DNA of 64,000 nucleotides from an uncultured Candidatus Saccharibacteria bacterium (GCA_964504715.1 CAZDEP010000001.1:16830-80829), one strand, 5' to 3'. Shown: positions 18,238 through 27,842, counted from the first letter of the stretch. The notes: generated from the sequence alone by a model not told the origin. Numbers and translations are program-made.

Positions 18238-18516
18238 ATGAAAAAATGGTTGATATTTATTTTTTTGGTAATTCTGCCGTTTGTTTTGGGGATATTTTAT
18301 GATAAAAAATTTGAGTATGCGGGCAATTGGCTGGAGGATTATCAAAATTATTTTAAAGTAGGATTCTTGTTGGTATCTATAACTTCTTCCGCATGGTTAG
18401 CCCTAATTGCAAAGAAGGAAAAAAATATTTTTTTGCTTGTTGTGTCAGTAATAATATTTATAATATTATCTTATATATTATATTTAGGCATAAACTTAAT
18501 TAGTATTTCCTTCTAA
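18238..18516 (+). CDS. Small hydrophobic membrane protein (hypothetical)
   Basis: 92 aa with 3 predicted TM helices; very AT-rich codon usage. Confidence 0.3.
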   Translation: MKKWLIFIFLVILPFVLGIFYDKKFEYAGNWLEDYQNYFKVGFLLVSITSSAWLALIAKKEKNIFLLVVSVIIFIILSYILYLGINLISISF

Positions 18517-18536
18517 ATTCATATTTATCCACCCAT

Positions 18537-21440
18537 ATGAAAAAACTTCTCTTCCTTCTCCTTCTCTTTGCCCTTGTCTTCCCCCTGCCTATGTCAGCGG
18601 ACGAAAACTTGTGCCCCCAGTTCAGCCAGCACAGCGCCGGAGAGGGGTTTGTAGACTACGAAAGCCATGAGTACATCAATGGCTTTTTAAGTATCCACTT
18701 TAAATTAGCTCCCAATTCAAACCATAAACTGGGTACAGCCTACAAGCTTTTAAGGAGTTCTGACTGCCAGGAAGCCGCCCCCGGAGGCTGGTGGTCCATG
18801 GGCACCTTTGATATTCCCCAGGAGGTAAATAACTTCTCCATCCGCTTTTACCAGCGGATTAATTTCGGGGAGTATAAATACAGAGTCTATAACGACGATA
18901 CGAACCAGGTAATCAACTGTGATGCCTGTGATACCGGCTTCTGGAACATGGTCTACTTTGGCGGTGAACCGCCCCATAAATTCTGGCTGACCCTGTATAC
19001 CCCTTATGATTTTGGCTACATTCCCAACCTTTCCGTCCTCCCACCCACCAGGTTTATTGCCTCTGCCCCGGACATTGAGCAGCCTGAATACACAGGGAAA
19101 ACCCCGGTACTCATAGTGCCGGGCGTATTAGGTAGTAATTTAATAAAAGGCGATAGTAATTTATGGGTCAATCCCGTTAAAATGGTTAACGATTTTAGTG
19201 ATCAGTTCATGGACCCCTTGCAATTTACAGAAAATCTTGTCCCATTAGATTCTTCAATATTATTAGATAATGTTATTAGAAAAGAAAGTTATCTATTTTT
19301 TGATTTTGATTATACTTTTGGTCTAATAAATATTTTTTCTAATCAAGGTTACACCGAAAATAAAGACCTTTTTACCTTTCCCTATGATTGGCGCTACGGA
19401 GTTACGGGTGTATACGGGGACGGTACAAATAATGTGGGAAAATTAAAACAGAAAATTGAAGCAATAAAATTGCAAACCGGTTCTCCAAAAGTTGATATTA
19501 TAGCCCATAGCAACGGCGGGCTTTTGGTAAAGAAGTATGTTATGGAAAATCCCTCCAACCACAGCATTAACAAAGCAATTTTTGTGGGTGTGCCAAATTT
19601 GGGCGCCCCAAAAGCTGTCAAAGTATTATTACAAGGCGATAATTTTGGCGTCAAAGGACTTTCTGATGAAGAAATGAAAAAGATAGCAAAGAATATGCCC
19701 GGAGTTTACGATTTAGCCCCTGGAAAAAATTACTTTGATGCCAAGGGGAGTTATGTCAAAATCATCGAACAGAAGTTTATGGCCACAGACCCCGTTCGGG
19801 ACTTGGATTTTTCAGCCGTAAGGCAGTTTTTAGGCGGTGACCACGGTTTGAATTACGCGGCCTACGACAATGGGCAAGCCCTGCATAACAATGCTTTCGA
19901 AAACTTTGACCTGCGCACTGCGGGTGTGGATATGTACAATATAGTCGGTTGCAAAAGCGGGACCATAGGCGGGATTACAGAAGTCCGCAGTAAAGACTTT
20001 TTTGGTAACCCCTTGTTTAATTACAGACGGCCCAGCATTGTGTCTGGAGATGAAACAGTACCCTACGAAAGTGCCAACAGCATAAAAGTAGATGATGGGA
20101 AAGTATACTACGCTAAAAAATATACTCACTCCGAAATGCTAAGTGCCAATGGCACCCGAGAATTAATTGTAAACCTAATCTTAGGGCAAAATCTTTTAAA
20201 GATGGGGTCAAATATTATTCCGAGGCAGGGAGTACTCGCCGACCCCAGCCATTGTGAGTTGAATGGCAAGAAAATAGATATTTTAAGCCCGGTGGATATT
20301 GAGGTTTTTGACCAAAGCGGGAACCGTTTGGGCAAAGCGGCGGACGGGAGCCTGGAAAGCAATATTCCGGGTGCAGACATAAATGTCTTTGGGGACAAAA
20401 AATTTGTCTATTTGCCCACTGACAGCGGCGAGGTGTATGATATTAAACTAAAAGGCGAGGGTGAGGGCAGATTTACTTTAAATGTGCAGGATATTTCAGG
20501 CAGCCAGGAGGGGAGCACTGAAGTTTTTCCCAACCTGCCGGTTTCCCCAAGGCTTTTAGGCAATTTGTCTTTAGGTGCTAATTCCAGCGTTTTGAAGCTG
20601 GACAATAATGGCGACGGTGTGGTGGACAATACTTTAAATCCGGCGGCCGTTTTAAACCCCAACCAATCCCAAGACCTCCTTCCGCCCGTTTCAACCTCCA
20701 CCCTTGTTGGCACTATGGGCCAGCCGGGGTTTTACCGTAGCAATGTCCAAATAACCTTAAGCGCTAAGGATGTGGTGGTGCCGGGGTATGAATTAGAGAC
20801 TTCGGGCCTTCTTAGCTTAAAGTTTAGGCTGGATAATGCTTCAAGTACGCCCTATTCTACCTATTCAAGTCCTATTCTGGTGGAGGGGGAAGGCAAACAT
20901 ACCTTAGAATTCTTTTCCACGGACAAAGCCGGTAATAACGAAGAGGTTCAGACTGTAAATTTTGTAATAGATAAAACCGCTCCGGAATTTACAATTCAGT
21001 TCAATACGGTCTCCAAAGATTTTGATTATGCTGCAACGGATAACCAGGATATCCCCGTATCTATTGTTTGTAATACCACCCAATGCAGCAGTAGCGACAT
21101 GGCGGGCAATGCCAGCATATTTAAATATGAAAAGAAATCACTGGCAAATTCCAAAAATTTGCTTTTGAAAAGTATAAATTACAACAGGAAAATAACGAAT
21201 TTTGACCCTAACCTTTTTAACGTTATTTATAGCCTCAATAAGGGGGAAATGGCTGAAATTAGTCAAACCATACTTATAAAAAACCAGCAGGTTGCTAACA
21301 TTATGTATAACAGAAAATTAAACCAGTCAATTTATACTGACTGGTCAAAAGGCACAAAACCTGTTATTACTAAACTTGAAGGTCTTAAATATTTACAATT
21401 ACAAACAAATAACTCAAAAATTAAGGTTAATCAAAAATAA
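18537..21440 (+). CDS. Large secreted protein with an N-terminal class-2 lipase-like alpha/beta-hydrolase domain (AHSNGG nucleophile elbow) and a long C-terminal beta-rich adhesin-like extension
   Basis: Signal peptide MKKLLFLLLLFALVFPLPMSA. VLIVPGVLGSN plus IIAHSNGGLLVKKY resembles the Bacillus LipA/LCAT-type AHSxGG lipase motif. The C-terminus has calcium-binding-like DNNGDGVVDN and Big-like segments. Confidence 0.55.
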   Translation: MKKLLFLLLLFALVFPLPMSADENLCPQFSQHSAGEGFVDYESHEYINGFLSIHFKLAPNSNHKLGTAYKLLRSSDCQEAAPGGWWSMGTFDIPQEVNNFSIRFYQRINFGEYKYRVYNDDTNQVINCDACDTGFWNMVYFGGEPPHKFWLTLYTPYDFGYIPNLSVLPPTRFIASAPDIEQPEYTGKTPVLIVPGVLGSNLIKGDSNLWVNPVKMVNDFSDQFMDPLQFTENLVPLDSSILLDNVIRKESYLFFDFDYTFGLINIFSNQGYTENKDLFTFPYDWRYGVTGVYGDGTNNVGKLKQKIEAIKLQTGSPKVDIIAHSNGGLLVKKYVMENPSNHSINKAIFVGVPNLGAPKAVKVLLQGDNFGVKGLSDEEMKKIAKNMPGVYDLAPGKNYFDAKGSYVKIIEQKFMATDPVRDLDFSAVRQFLGGDHGLNYAAYDNGQALHNNAFENFDLRTAGVDMYNIVGCKSGTIGGITEVRSKDFFGNPLFNYRRPSIVSGDETVPYESANSIKVDDGKVYYAKKYTHSEMLSANGTRELIVNLILGQNLLKMGSNIIPRQGVLADPSHCELNGKKIDILSPVDIEVFDQSGNRLGKAADGSLESNIPGADINVFGDKKFVYLPTDSGEVYDIKLKGEGEGRFTLNVQDISGSQEGSTEVFPNLPVSPRLLGNLSLGANSSVLKLDNNGDGVVDNTLNPAAVLNPNQSQDLLPPVSTSTLVGTMGQPGFYRSNVQITLSAKDVVVPGYELETSGLLSLKFRLDNASSTPYSTYSSPILVEGEGKHTLEFFSTDKAGNNEEVQTVNFVIDKTAPEFTIQFNTVSKDFDYAATDNQDIPVSIVCNTTQCSSSDMAGNASIFKYEKKSLANSKNLLLKSINYNRKITNFDPNLFNVIYSLNKGEMAEISQTILIKNQQVANIMYNRKLNQSIYTDWSKGTKPVITKLEGLKYLQLQTNNSKIKVNQK

Positions 21441-21441
21441 T

Positions 21442-21780
21442 ATGACAAAAGGGCAAAAGATAGGGTTTTGGGCGGTGTTGGGATTGTTTATTCTTCCAGA
21501 AGTATTATGGAGTCCGGTGGGGAATTTTATTTATGCATTTATAAAAGACAGGCCTTTTAGAAACAATGCTCTTATGCATTCTGATTTCAGGGGCTTTGCA
21601 TTATTTATTGTATCATTGCAATTTATAGGAATATTTTCAGTTTTGGTAGTCTTATTAAAAGATAAAACATATCAATCATTTAAAGCAGGGCGAGTCCTAG
21701 TTTTTATAATTAGTATTGTTACCCTTGCCACTTTGGTGGTTTTATATACTCTTTTCGCTACAAAAAATATTAATATCTAA
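21442..21780 (+). CDS. Small 3-4 TM membrane protein, paralog A (candidate immunity-like protein)
   Basis: MTKGQKIGFWAVLGLFILPEVLWSPVGNFIYAFIK is about 70% identical at the N-terminus to the ORF at 22157. The ATG at 21442 is preferred because the track start at 21376 overlaps the upstream gene. Confidence 0.45.
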   Translation: MTKGQKIGFWAVLGLFILPEVLWSPVGNFIYAFIKDRPFRNNALMHSDFRGFALFIVSLQFIGIFSVLVVLLKDKTYQSFKAGRVLVFIISIVTLATLVVLYTLFATKNINI

Positions 21781-21848
21781 AAGAAGAAATATTATTTTTT
21801 GTCCCAAGTATTTAGTAAACCGCTCAAAAAAATTAATAAAATAAATTA

Positions 21849-22145
21849 GTGACTAGCAATAAAAGATTTAATTCACTCATCTTTACCACCATCGTTTTAC
21901 CCTACTTGCTTTCTTTCTTAAATTGGAAATATTCTTCATACGACAATTTTAGATGGGGTTATGATCATATAAATCAGCTAAGTATTATGGGGATAGCAAT
22001 TGCCGTTTTGGGTTCCGGGTTAGTGTTGTATTTGAATAACAAGGAAGGCAAAAACAAAAGTTGGAATATTATAGGGGGTTTATTGCTGGTATTCAATCTA
22101 GTTTATTTGTACATCGCGTACAATTTTTCTCATTTTGGCTTTTAG
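21849..22145 (+). CDS. Small membrane protein (hypothetical, GTG start)
   Basis: 98 aa with 3 hydrophobic helices, between the two paralogs. Confidence 0.3.
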   Translation: MTSNKRFNSLIFTTIVLPYLLSFLNWKYSSYDNFRWGYDHINQLSIMGIAIAVLGSGLVLYLNNKEGKNKSWNIIGGLLLVFNLVYLYIAYNFSHFGF

Positions 22146-22156
22146 CTTAAAAATTT

Positions 22157-22525
22157 TTGCATAAAATGACAAAGAAACAAAGGATCGGATTTTGGAGTAT
22201 TTTAGGGTTATTTATTTTGCCGGAAGTTTTATGGAGTCCGGTGGGGAATTTTATTTACTCTTTATTAAAACCCCCAGTCAATGGATCAGTACAGGTTTTA
22301 AGGAATAACTTCCTCCTTACTAATAAATATGACAATTTTTTTAGCGCCGTGTTGTTTATCCAGCTTTTGGGTTTGTTTGCTTCCGCAGTTTACCTAATTG
22401 TCATGCATAACTCAGTGCGAAATAAATGGCTGCTTTGGCCTTCCATGATTATCCTTTTGTTTTCATCGGTAGTGGTTTTTTACCTTTTTGGTTTCTCTAT
22501 CACCCTAAGGAACATTGGCTTTTAG
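22157..22525 (+). CDS. Small membrane protein, paralog B of 21442-21780
   Basis: KKQRIGFWSILGLFILPEVLWSPVGNFIYSLLK aligns with paralog A. Confidence 0.45.
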   Translation: MHKMTKKQRIGFWSILGLFILPEVLWSPVGNFIYSLLKPPVNGSVQVLRNNFLLTNKYDNFFSAVLFIQLLGLFASAVYLIVMHNSVRNKWLLWPSMIILLFSSVVVFYLFGFSITLRNIGF

Positions 22526-22583
22526 GCTTAAAATAAATCAAAAAGTTATAAAATCAATTAATATAAGCCATTTACCCGCCCTT

Positions 22584-22620
22584 GCCTATAGGCTTATTCG
22601 CCCGAATTAGCCTATGGTAG
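22584..22620. repeat. About 30-bp palindrome, copy 2 (cctataggcttattcgcccgaattagcctatgg), inverted relative to copy 1
   Basis: See 18103-18138. It lies just downstream of the recG stop on the minus strand. Confidence 0.6.
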
Positions 22621-22651
22621 GAAAAGCTAGAATCAAGAATCCAAAATCAAA

Positions 22652-24721
22652 TCATTCCAGGTGGATGGTTTGGTTTTGGATTTCTTTTTTTAGTTCAGGG
22701 TAATTATTTAGGCCGGGGTCTTTTTCGAGTAAGGTTTTTGCTTCAGAGCGGGCGGCGGGGATTAGACTAAAGTAGGAGGGGTCAAAATATTTAAAGTTCC
22801 ATCCCGATTGGCTGGATCCAAAAAGTTCGCCAAAGCCGCGGAGTTTTAAGTCGAGTTCGGCAAGCTCAAAGCCGTCCTGGGTTTTTTCAAAGGCTTTAAG
22901 GCGTTTGGTGATATCACTATCGTCCGCGGTTTGGTCCAAGCGGGGCGGGGAAATAAAAAGCAGGCAATAGGACTGGTGGCTGGCCCTGCCTACGCGTCCG
23001 CGGAATTGGTGGAGCTGGGCCAGGCCAAAACGCTCCGCGCCTTCTATTATCATAACGCTGGCATTGGGTACGTCCACGCCCACTTCCACTACGGAAGTGG
23101 AAACCAGAATTTGGATGCGGTTATTTAAAAAAGCGTCCATAACCTGTTCTTTTTCTTCGGCCTTAAGGCGCCCGTGAAGGAGCCCTATTTGGAAGGCGGG
23201 GAAGGCCTTTTTTAAAAGTTCGACTTCGGTTTTGGCCGCCTTAATCCCCAGCCGGTCGTTTTCCTCAATTAGCGGGGTAATTACAAATGCCTGCCTTCCC
23301 GCTTGGATTTGGGTGCGTATGAACGAATAAGCATCCGGTCTTTTGTCGGGGGGCGTGAGTTTGGTAATAATTGGCTTCCTGTCAGCCGGCTTGGTTTTTA
23401 TTTGGGAGATATCCAATTCGCCATAAACCGCCAGCTGCAGGGTGCGGGGGATGGGTGTGGCCGAAAGCGAAAGCAGGTGCGGCACCGTGGGTTTATTAAG
23501 CAGCATGGCAGAGCGCTGCTTTACGCCAAAGCGGTGCTGTTCGTCTATTATGACCAAGGCCAGGCTGCCAAATTCCACTTTATTTTGCAAAAGGGCGTGG
23601 GTGCCAATGAAAATGCCGGGCGCGCCGGTTTTAATTAATTTATGCAGGTCGGCTTTTTTAAGTTCCTCATTGGCAACTTGCGCATAGCTGTGGGTGAGCA
23701 GGGCGAGTTTAAAATTTGCAAGGTGGGGCTTTAAGAATTTTTTTGCGGTTTCAAAATGTTGTCGCGCTAAAATTTCCGTAGGCGCTAGGAAAGCGACCTG
23801 CTTTTTGGCACGGGCAGTTTGCAGGGCGGCAATTAAAGCCACCAAAGTTTTGCCCGAGCCGACATCACCTTCCAAAAGGCGGTTCATGGGGGCAGGCTTT
23901 TCCAAGTCCTGCAAAATATCCCAGGCGGACTTTTTTTGTTCGGGCGTAAGCGCAAAAGGCAGGCTGTCGACAAAATTTTTAACCAGCTCACGGTCAAATT
24001 TTACCGCGTGAGCCTTTTTTTTGCTTAATTCCTGCTTGTATTTTTGTACTGCCAGCTGGACCATAAAAATTTCCTCAAAAGACATGCGGGTCCTGGCGCT
24101 TTGTGCATCGGTTAAATTTTTTGGAAAGTGGGCCAGCTCCACGGTTTTTTCCAGCGCAGGCAGGGTATATGGCTTTAAAATTTCGGGAGGCAGCCTGTCT
24201 TTGAGTTCGTGCTTAAAGGGCAGGGCCTTGCTTATGAGGTTGCGCAGAGTTTTCGGGTATAAGCCGGAGGTTAAATGGTAAACAGGCAGCAAGCGCGAGG
24301 TATGCACTGGAAATTCGCCGGCTTTTTCGTAAAGCGGGTTTACAAATTGCAGACGCCCGTTATAAGTTTCCACCACGCCCGCAATAAAAATCTCATCGCC
24401 CACTTTTAAGCTTTTGGCCAGGTAGGCTTGGTTAAACCAAATGACTTTTATGTTGCCCGTATCGTCGGCTATGAGCGCTTCGGCCAGGCTTAGGCGCCCC
24501 CGAAAGGAAAAGCGGCTGCCAATGCTTTTTATTTTCCCGCCCACGCTTACATTTTCCCCGGCTTTTAGCTCTTTAATTTTTTTTACTTCGGAAAAGTCCA
24601 AATAGCGGTAAGGGAAATACAACAACAAATCCCGAACCGTATGAATTTCGAGTTTTTTTAAAGCCGCTAAAAGCGGCTTATTTAGACGGCCAAGTATTTC
24701 AATGGGGGAGTTTACATCCAT
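22652..24721 (-). CDS. recG: ATP-dependent DNA helicase RecG
   Basis: OB-fold wedge region, helicase motifs GDVGSGKT (I), DEQHRFG (II), and QxxGRVGR motif VI (HQFRGRVGR). Confidence 0.9.
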   Translation of the reverse strand: MDVNSPIEILGRLNKPLLAALKKLEIHTVRDLLLYFPYRYLDFSEVKKIKELKAGENVSVGGKIKSIGSRFSFRGRLSLAEALIADDTGNIKVIWFNQAYLAKSLKVGDEIFIAGVVETYNGRLQFVNPLYEKAGEFPVHTSRLLPVYHLTSGLYPKTLRNLISKALPFKHELKDRLPPEILKPYTLPALEKTVELAHFPKNLTDAQSARTRMSFEEIFMVQLAVQKYKQELSKKKAHAVKFDRELVKNFVDSLPFALTPEQKKSAWDILQDLEKPAPMNRLLEGDVGSGKTLVALIAALQTARAKKQVAFLAPTEILARQHFETAKKFLKPHLANFKLALLTHSYAQVANEELKKADLHKLIKTGAPGIFIGTHALLQNKVEFGSLALVIIDEQHRFGVKQRSAMLLNKPTVPHLLSLSATPIPRTLQLAVYGELDISQIKTKPADRKPIITKLTPPDKRPDAYSFIRTQIQAGRQAFVITPLIEENDRLGIKAAKTEVELLKKAFPAFQIGLLHGRLKAEEKEQVMDAFLNNRIQILVSTSVVEVGVDVPNASVMIIEGAERFGLAQLHQFRGRVGRASHQSYCLLFISPPRLDQTADDSDITKRLKAFEKTQDGFELAELDLKLRGFGELFGSSQSGWNFKYFDPSYFSLIPAARSEAKTLLEKDPGLNNYPELKKEIQNQTIHLE

Positions 24722-24726
24722 ATTTA

Positions 24727-24801
24727 TGGTGCTTCCAGCAGGAGTCGAACCTGCATCTCAGCCTTCGGAGGGCTACACTCTATCCATTGAGCTATGGAAG
24801 C
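24727..24801 (-). tRNA. tRNA-Arg (anticodon CCG)
   Basis: The reverse complement folds as a cloverleaf: acceptor GCTTCCA/TGGAAGC, anticodon stem TAGCC/GGCTG, loop CTCCGAA, T-loop GGTTCGACTCC. CCA is encoded. Confidence 0.8.
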
Positions 24802-24828
24802 GCAAAAAATTGGGTAAAGATCAAAAGA

Positions 24829-25350
24829 TCAGAATTTAAACCAGTGCATTACCCTTTGCGCCGTGGTCGGTTCGGTGTCCGGATGCTCAATTAGGAAAGA
24901 AAGAAGAAAATCCCTGACTTCATCCGGGTCTTGCTCGCTGAGCTCAATGACCATTACCTTATTCAAATAATTGGAGGTTTCAAAGTTTAAAGTCTTGTGA
25001 TGTTCCTTATCCACCACCCAGAAGTGCTTAATTTGCTTATAGGGCATATGCACAGTGCCATGGTTTATGCCTTTGGAATTGAGTTCAACAGTTACCGTTC
25101 TGGGCGTTTGCCGGGAAAAGTAAATAATCAGCAGGGTAATAAGCCCTACGGTAACGGAGGCAAAAATATCTTTTTGGATAAGTACAAAAAAGCCAATGAA
25201 CAATATGGCAATGGAAATAAGCGTAACGTACCACCCGGCTGATTTTTCGTAAAATTTGAATTCCGGCGCTTCCCAGGAAATGTTTATTTTACTTTTTGCC
25301 ATAATTTTAAGAGTTGATAATTTTTGGCGGAAGCGAGAGGATTCGGTCAC
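24829..25350 (-). CDS. Hypothetical membrane protein (2 TM) with a C-terminal soluble domain
   Basis: 173-aa ORF with hydrophobic segment YVTLISIAILFIGFFVLI. Confidence 0.35.
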   Translation of the reverse strand: MTESSRFRQKLSTLKIMAKSKINISWEAPEFKFYEKSAGWYVTLISIAILFIGFFVLIQKDIFASVTVGLITLLIIYFSRQTPRTVTVELNSKGINHGTVHMPYKQIKHFWVVDKEHHKTLNFETSNYLNKVMVIELSEQDPDEVRDFLLSFLIEHPDTEPTTAQRVMHWFKF

Positions 25351-25541
25351 TTCACGCTGCGCTTATTTCTCCGCCTGCCCATGGATCGAATCGCGCTACG
25401 CTACAGCGACCCCTGCCGCTATTTGTTGCTCCTAACCCCGCAACAAATTTTTTGCTTCGCAAAAACCGCTTTTTTCAAATCCTTCTTAATTTGTTCGCCA
25501 ATGGCTTAAGAAGGGATGGAATTCAGTTTATCTTTTCTAAC
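25346..25541 (+). mobile_element. About 195-bp tRNA-3'-end-associated element, copy 1, bounded by a 21-bp direct duplication of the tRNA-Ser(UGA) 3' end
   Basis: tggcggaagcgagaggattcg occurs at 25325-25345 and again as the genuine tRNA 3' end at 25542-25562. The core gtcacttcacgctgcgc...gcgctacgctacagcgacccctgccgct is shared, in inverted orientation, with copy 2 at 27843-28035. Confidence 0.6.
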
Positions 25542-25631
25542 TGGCGGAAGCGAGAGGATTCGAACCTCTGAAGGGTTTTAGCCCTTAGCGGTTTTCAAGA
25601 CCGCCCCGTTCGACCGCTCCGGCACGCTTCC
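25542..25631 (-). tRNA. tRNA-Ser (anticodon UGA)
   Basis: Reverse complement GGAAGCGTGCCGGAGCGGTCGAACGGGGCGGTCTTGAAAACCGCTAAGGGCTAAAACCCTTCAGAGGTTCGAATCCTCTCGCTTCCGCCA; long variable arm, anticodon loop CTTGAAA. Confidence 0.8.
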
Positions 25632-25667
25632 AGATGAATTCATATTTATTATACCATTAAGACGGCA

Positions 25668-25708
25668 AAAAAACAAAGACGCCCGGCTCTAGAACAGGCG
25701 TCTTGCTT
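25668..25708 (-). terminator. Rho-independent terminator downstream of the anti-sigma-like gene
   Basis: On the minus strand: caagacgcc-tgttctagagccg-ggcgtctttg followed by ttttttt. Confidence 0.6.
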
Positions 25709-25849
25709 TTACCCTAGGGGCCAAATTTGATTTTGGCCACTTTGGGAGTGTTGTTTCTTTTCCGGCATCTTTTGCCGGTTTTATTTCAGGACTGTATTGC
25801 TATCCTGAGGCCGGCAAAGAATTTTGCTTTGCCGAATCAAAATACCAAA

Positions 25850-27013
25850 TCATTCAACGTACTGGGGGAGAGGGTCTTCTATAATAAACCCGCCTACCGC
25901 ATTGTTCGGATTGATTTTGGACTCTTCCTGCAATTCGTCGCGGATTTTAGGCGCAGGTTTTAGCAGGCTTTCCGGGCTGGTGGTGGTGTCCGGCTGTTTT
26001 TGGGATTCCGGCGAGCTGGTGGCCGCAGGGGCGGGGTCTTCAGTTCGGCCCAGGGCAGAAAGTTTTAAGGCAATAATTTTTGTACCGGATTTTTTGCCTG
26101 TGACCGCGACTTTTTCCCCGATTTTAAGTTCGGAGAAATTTAAATTTTTGCCGTCCGCGGAAATAAGGGTAGTGGAGGCATTTACGGCAAAGGAGGTTTT
26201 TTCCACCTGCAGGCCGTCTTTTTCAATTTTAGTGATTTGTCCGGAGAGGGTTACGCTGTCTTCCGACCCCAAAAGGTTTGTAAGGGCCGCTTCTGCCGTG
26301 GTAATTTCCACGGATTGCTTAATTTCGGAAATCCGGGTTTGATTTTTTAAACTAAGGGCAATTACATCTTTGGTGTCGTCGTTTTGGGCAATGTCAGAAA
26401 TCAGAGCCTGTTCTTTTTTGCCCACTTCTTCCAGGGAGTTTAAAAGTTCAGGGTTAGCCGAGGTTATGGATTCGCGCGAGAGGGTATTTACTTCTTCTGC
26501 CGCCTGCTGTGTAGCTTTCGAAACTTCCTTAATTGCAGCGAGCTTTTGGCCGGTATTGTCGCCCGGCAGGCTGGCCAGTTTTTGCGCTTCTGCTACTCTT
26601 TTTTTTGCAATTTGCACCTGCAAATAAGCCCTCTGGATTTTGTCGCCGGCGAATTTTACCCTAAATTGCTCCGCGCTTTTTTTAATTTCAAAAAGTTTTT
26701 GCCCGGGCAAACTGTTGGCCGTGGCGTAGGTAAACCCTCCAACCAAAAGCAAGCCTGCACAAATTGCCACAGCAGGAATAAAATTAAAGACTTTCAAAAA
26801 TTCCAAGTTCCAGCCAAAACCCACCGAGGGCTTTTGGGCTAGGTATTTGCGGCGGCTGGCGGCAAGGGCGGGGGTAGCTGCCCGAATAGAGCTTAAGCTT
26901 TTTAAAATTTGCGCCCACTCTTTTTCCTCTGAAGACATGCTCAAAATCCCGAGCTCATTTAAGGAGCCTTTTTTTACAGCGGTGATTAATTGTTCGAGTT
27001 GTCTGTCGTCCAT
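25850..27013 (-). CDS. Single-pass membrane protein, putative anti-sigma factor partner of the adjacent ECF sigma (cytoplasmic N-terminus, one TM, extracytoplasmic low-complexity domain)
   Basis: Translationally coupled to the sigma gene (start overlaps its stop at 27013). TM helix FIPAVAICAGLLLVGGFTYA. Confidence 0.45.
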   Translation of the reverse strand: MDDRQLEQLITAVKKGSLNELGILSMSSEEKEWAQILKSLSSIRAATPALAASRRKYLAQKPSVGFGWNLEFLKVFNFIPAVAICAGLLLVGGFTYATANSLPGQKLFEIKKSAEQFRVKFAGDKIQRAYLQVQIAKKRVAEAQKLASLPGDNTGQKLAAIKEVSKATQQAAEEVNTLSRESITSANPELLNSLEEVGKKEQALISDIAQNDDTKDVIALSLKNQTRISEIKQSVEITTAEAALTNLLGSEDSVTLSGQITKIEKDGLQVEKTSFAVNASTTLISADGKNLNFSELKIGEKVAVTGKKSGTKIIALKLSALGRTEDPAPAATSSPESQKQPDTTTSPESLLKPAPKIRDELQEESKINPNNAVGGFIIEDPLPQYVE

Positions 27014-27603
27014 TAGGGTTTTTCCTGGAGTTTTTTAAGCTCCAAAAGCTTGGTTATGGCGCGGTGCTGTATGACTCGTATGGCGCCTTCGGTCTTATTT
27101 AATATTACGGCGATTTCGGCGTTGCTTAAATCTTCCAAAAATTTTAATTTAATTACCGCCTGTTGTTCCGCGCCCAGTTCTTTTAAAAGTTTAAGCAATG
27201 CCGCCTGCTCGTATTCGAGCTGCAAAAGGTCCACGGTGTTAGTCTCGTATTCCAGGGTATTTTCCACATCTTCCAAACTTACCGTAAGCTTTTTTTCCCG
27301 GTAATAATCTATAACCGTGTTGCGGGCAATGCGGTAAATCCAGCCAAGGAAAACTTCTGGTTTGTCCAGGGTGCCTAACTTGCCGAAAGCTTTTATAAAG
27401 ACTTCCTCGGCCAAATCTTCCGCTACTTCCTTGTGGCCTACGCGGTAAAAAATGAACCTGTAGATTTTTTGGAAGAGCAGGTCATACACCTGGCCAAAAG
27501 CCGCCTCGCTCCCACCTTGGGCTTTTTTCACCAATTGGGCGAGTTCCTGGGCATTTTCATCAAATTCCATTGTACTAATATTTAAGACGTCAGAGTTGGG
27601 CAT
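27013..27603 (-). CDS. ECF-type RNA polymerase sigma-70 family factor
   Basis: Region 2 reads QGGSEAAFGQVYDLLFQKIYRFIFYRV...AEDLAEEVFIKAF. Region 4 HTH reads LSNAEIAVILNKTEGAIRVIQHRAITKL. Confidence 0.8.
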   Translation of the reverse strand: MPNSDVLNISTMEFDENAQELAQLVKKAQGGSEAAFGQVYDLLFQKIYRFIFYRVGHKEVAEDLAEEVFIKAFGKLGTLDKPEVFLGWIYRIARNTVIDYYREKKLTVSLEDVENTLEYETNTVDLLQLEYEQAALLKLLKELGAEQQAVIKLKFLEDLSNAEIAVILNKTEGAIRVIQHRAITKLLELKKLQEKP

Positions 27604-27748
27604 TTGTTACAAATTAAGGAATATTTCCGGGGAAAAAGCAATGCCAGAGAGTATTATAGCAAAAAACGCCGATTTTGGGCGTTTGGCTTGCTTTGACCGT
27701 AAGTTATTTTTATTGTAAAATTATTCAAGACCAATAAGTTTTTGCAAC

Positions 27749-27842
<94 letters not shown>

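Noticed and set aside
22931-24281. Plus-strand ORFs antisense to recG
   Set aside because: RecG on the minus strand is fully supported by helicase motifs across this interval; the plus-strand ORFs are GC-skew artifacts.
25324-25509. 61-aa ORFs inside the two tRNA-associated elements (25324-25509 plus strand, 27956-28141 minus strand)
   Set aside because: They are homologous to each other only because the DNA repeat is shared. Each overlaps a tRNA-end duplication and there is no RBS or protein motif, so they are treated as noncoding repeat sequence.
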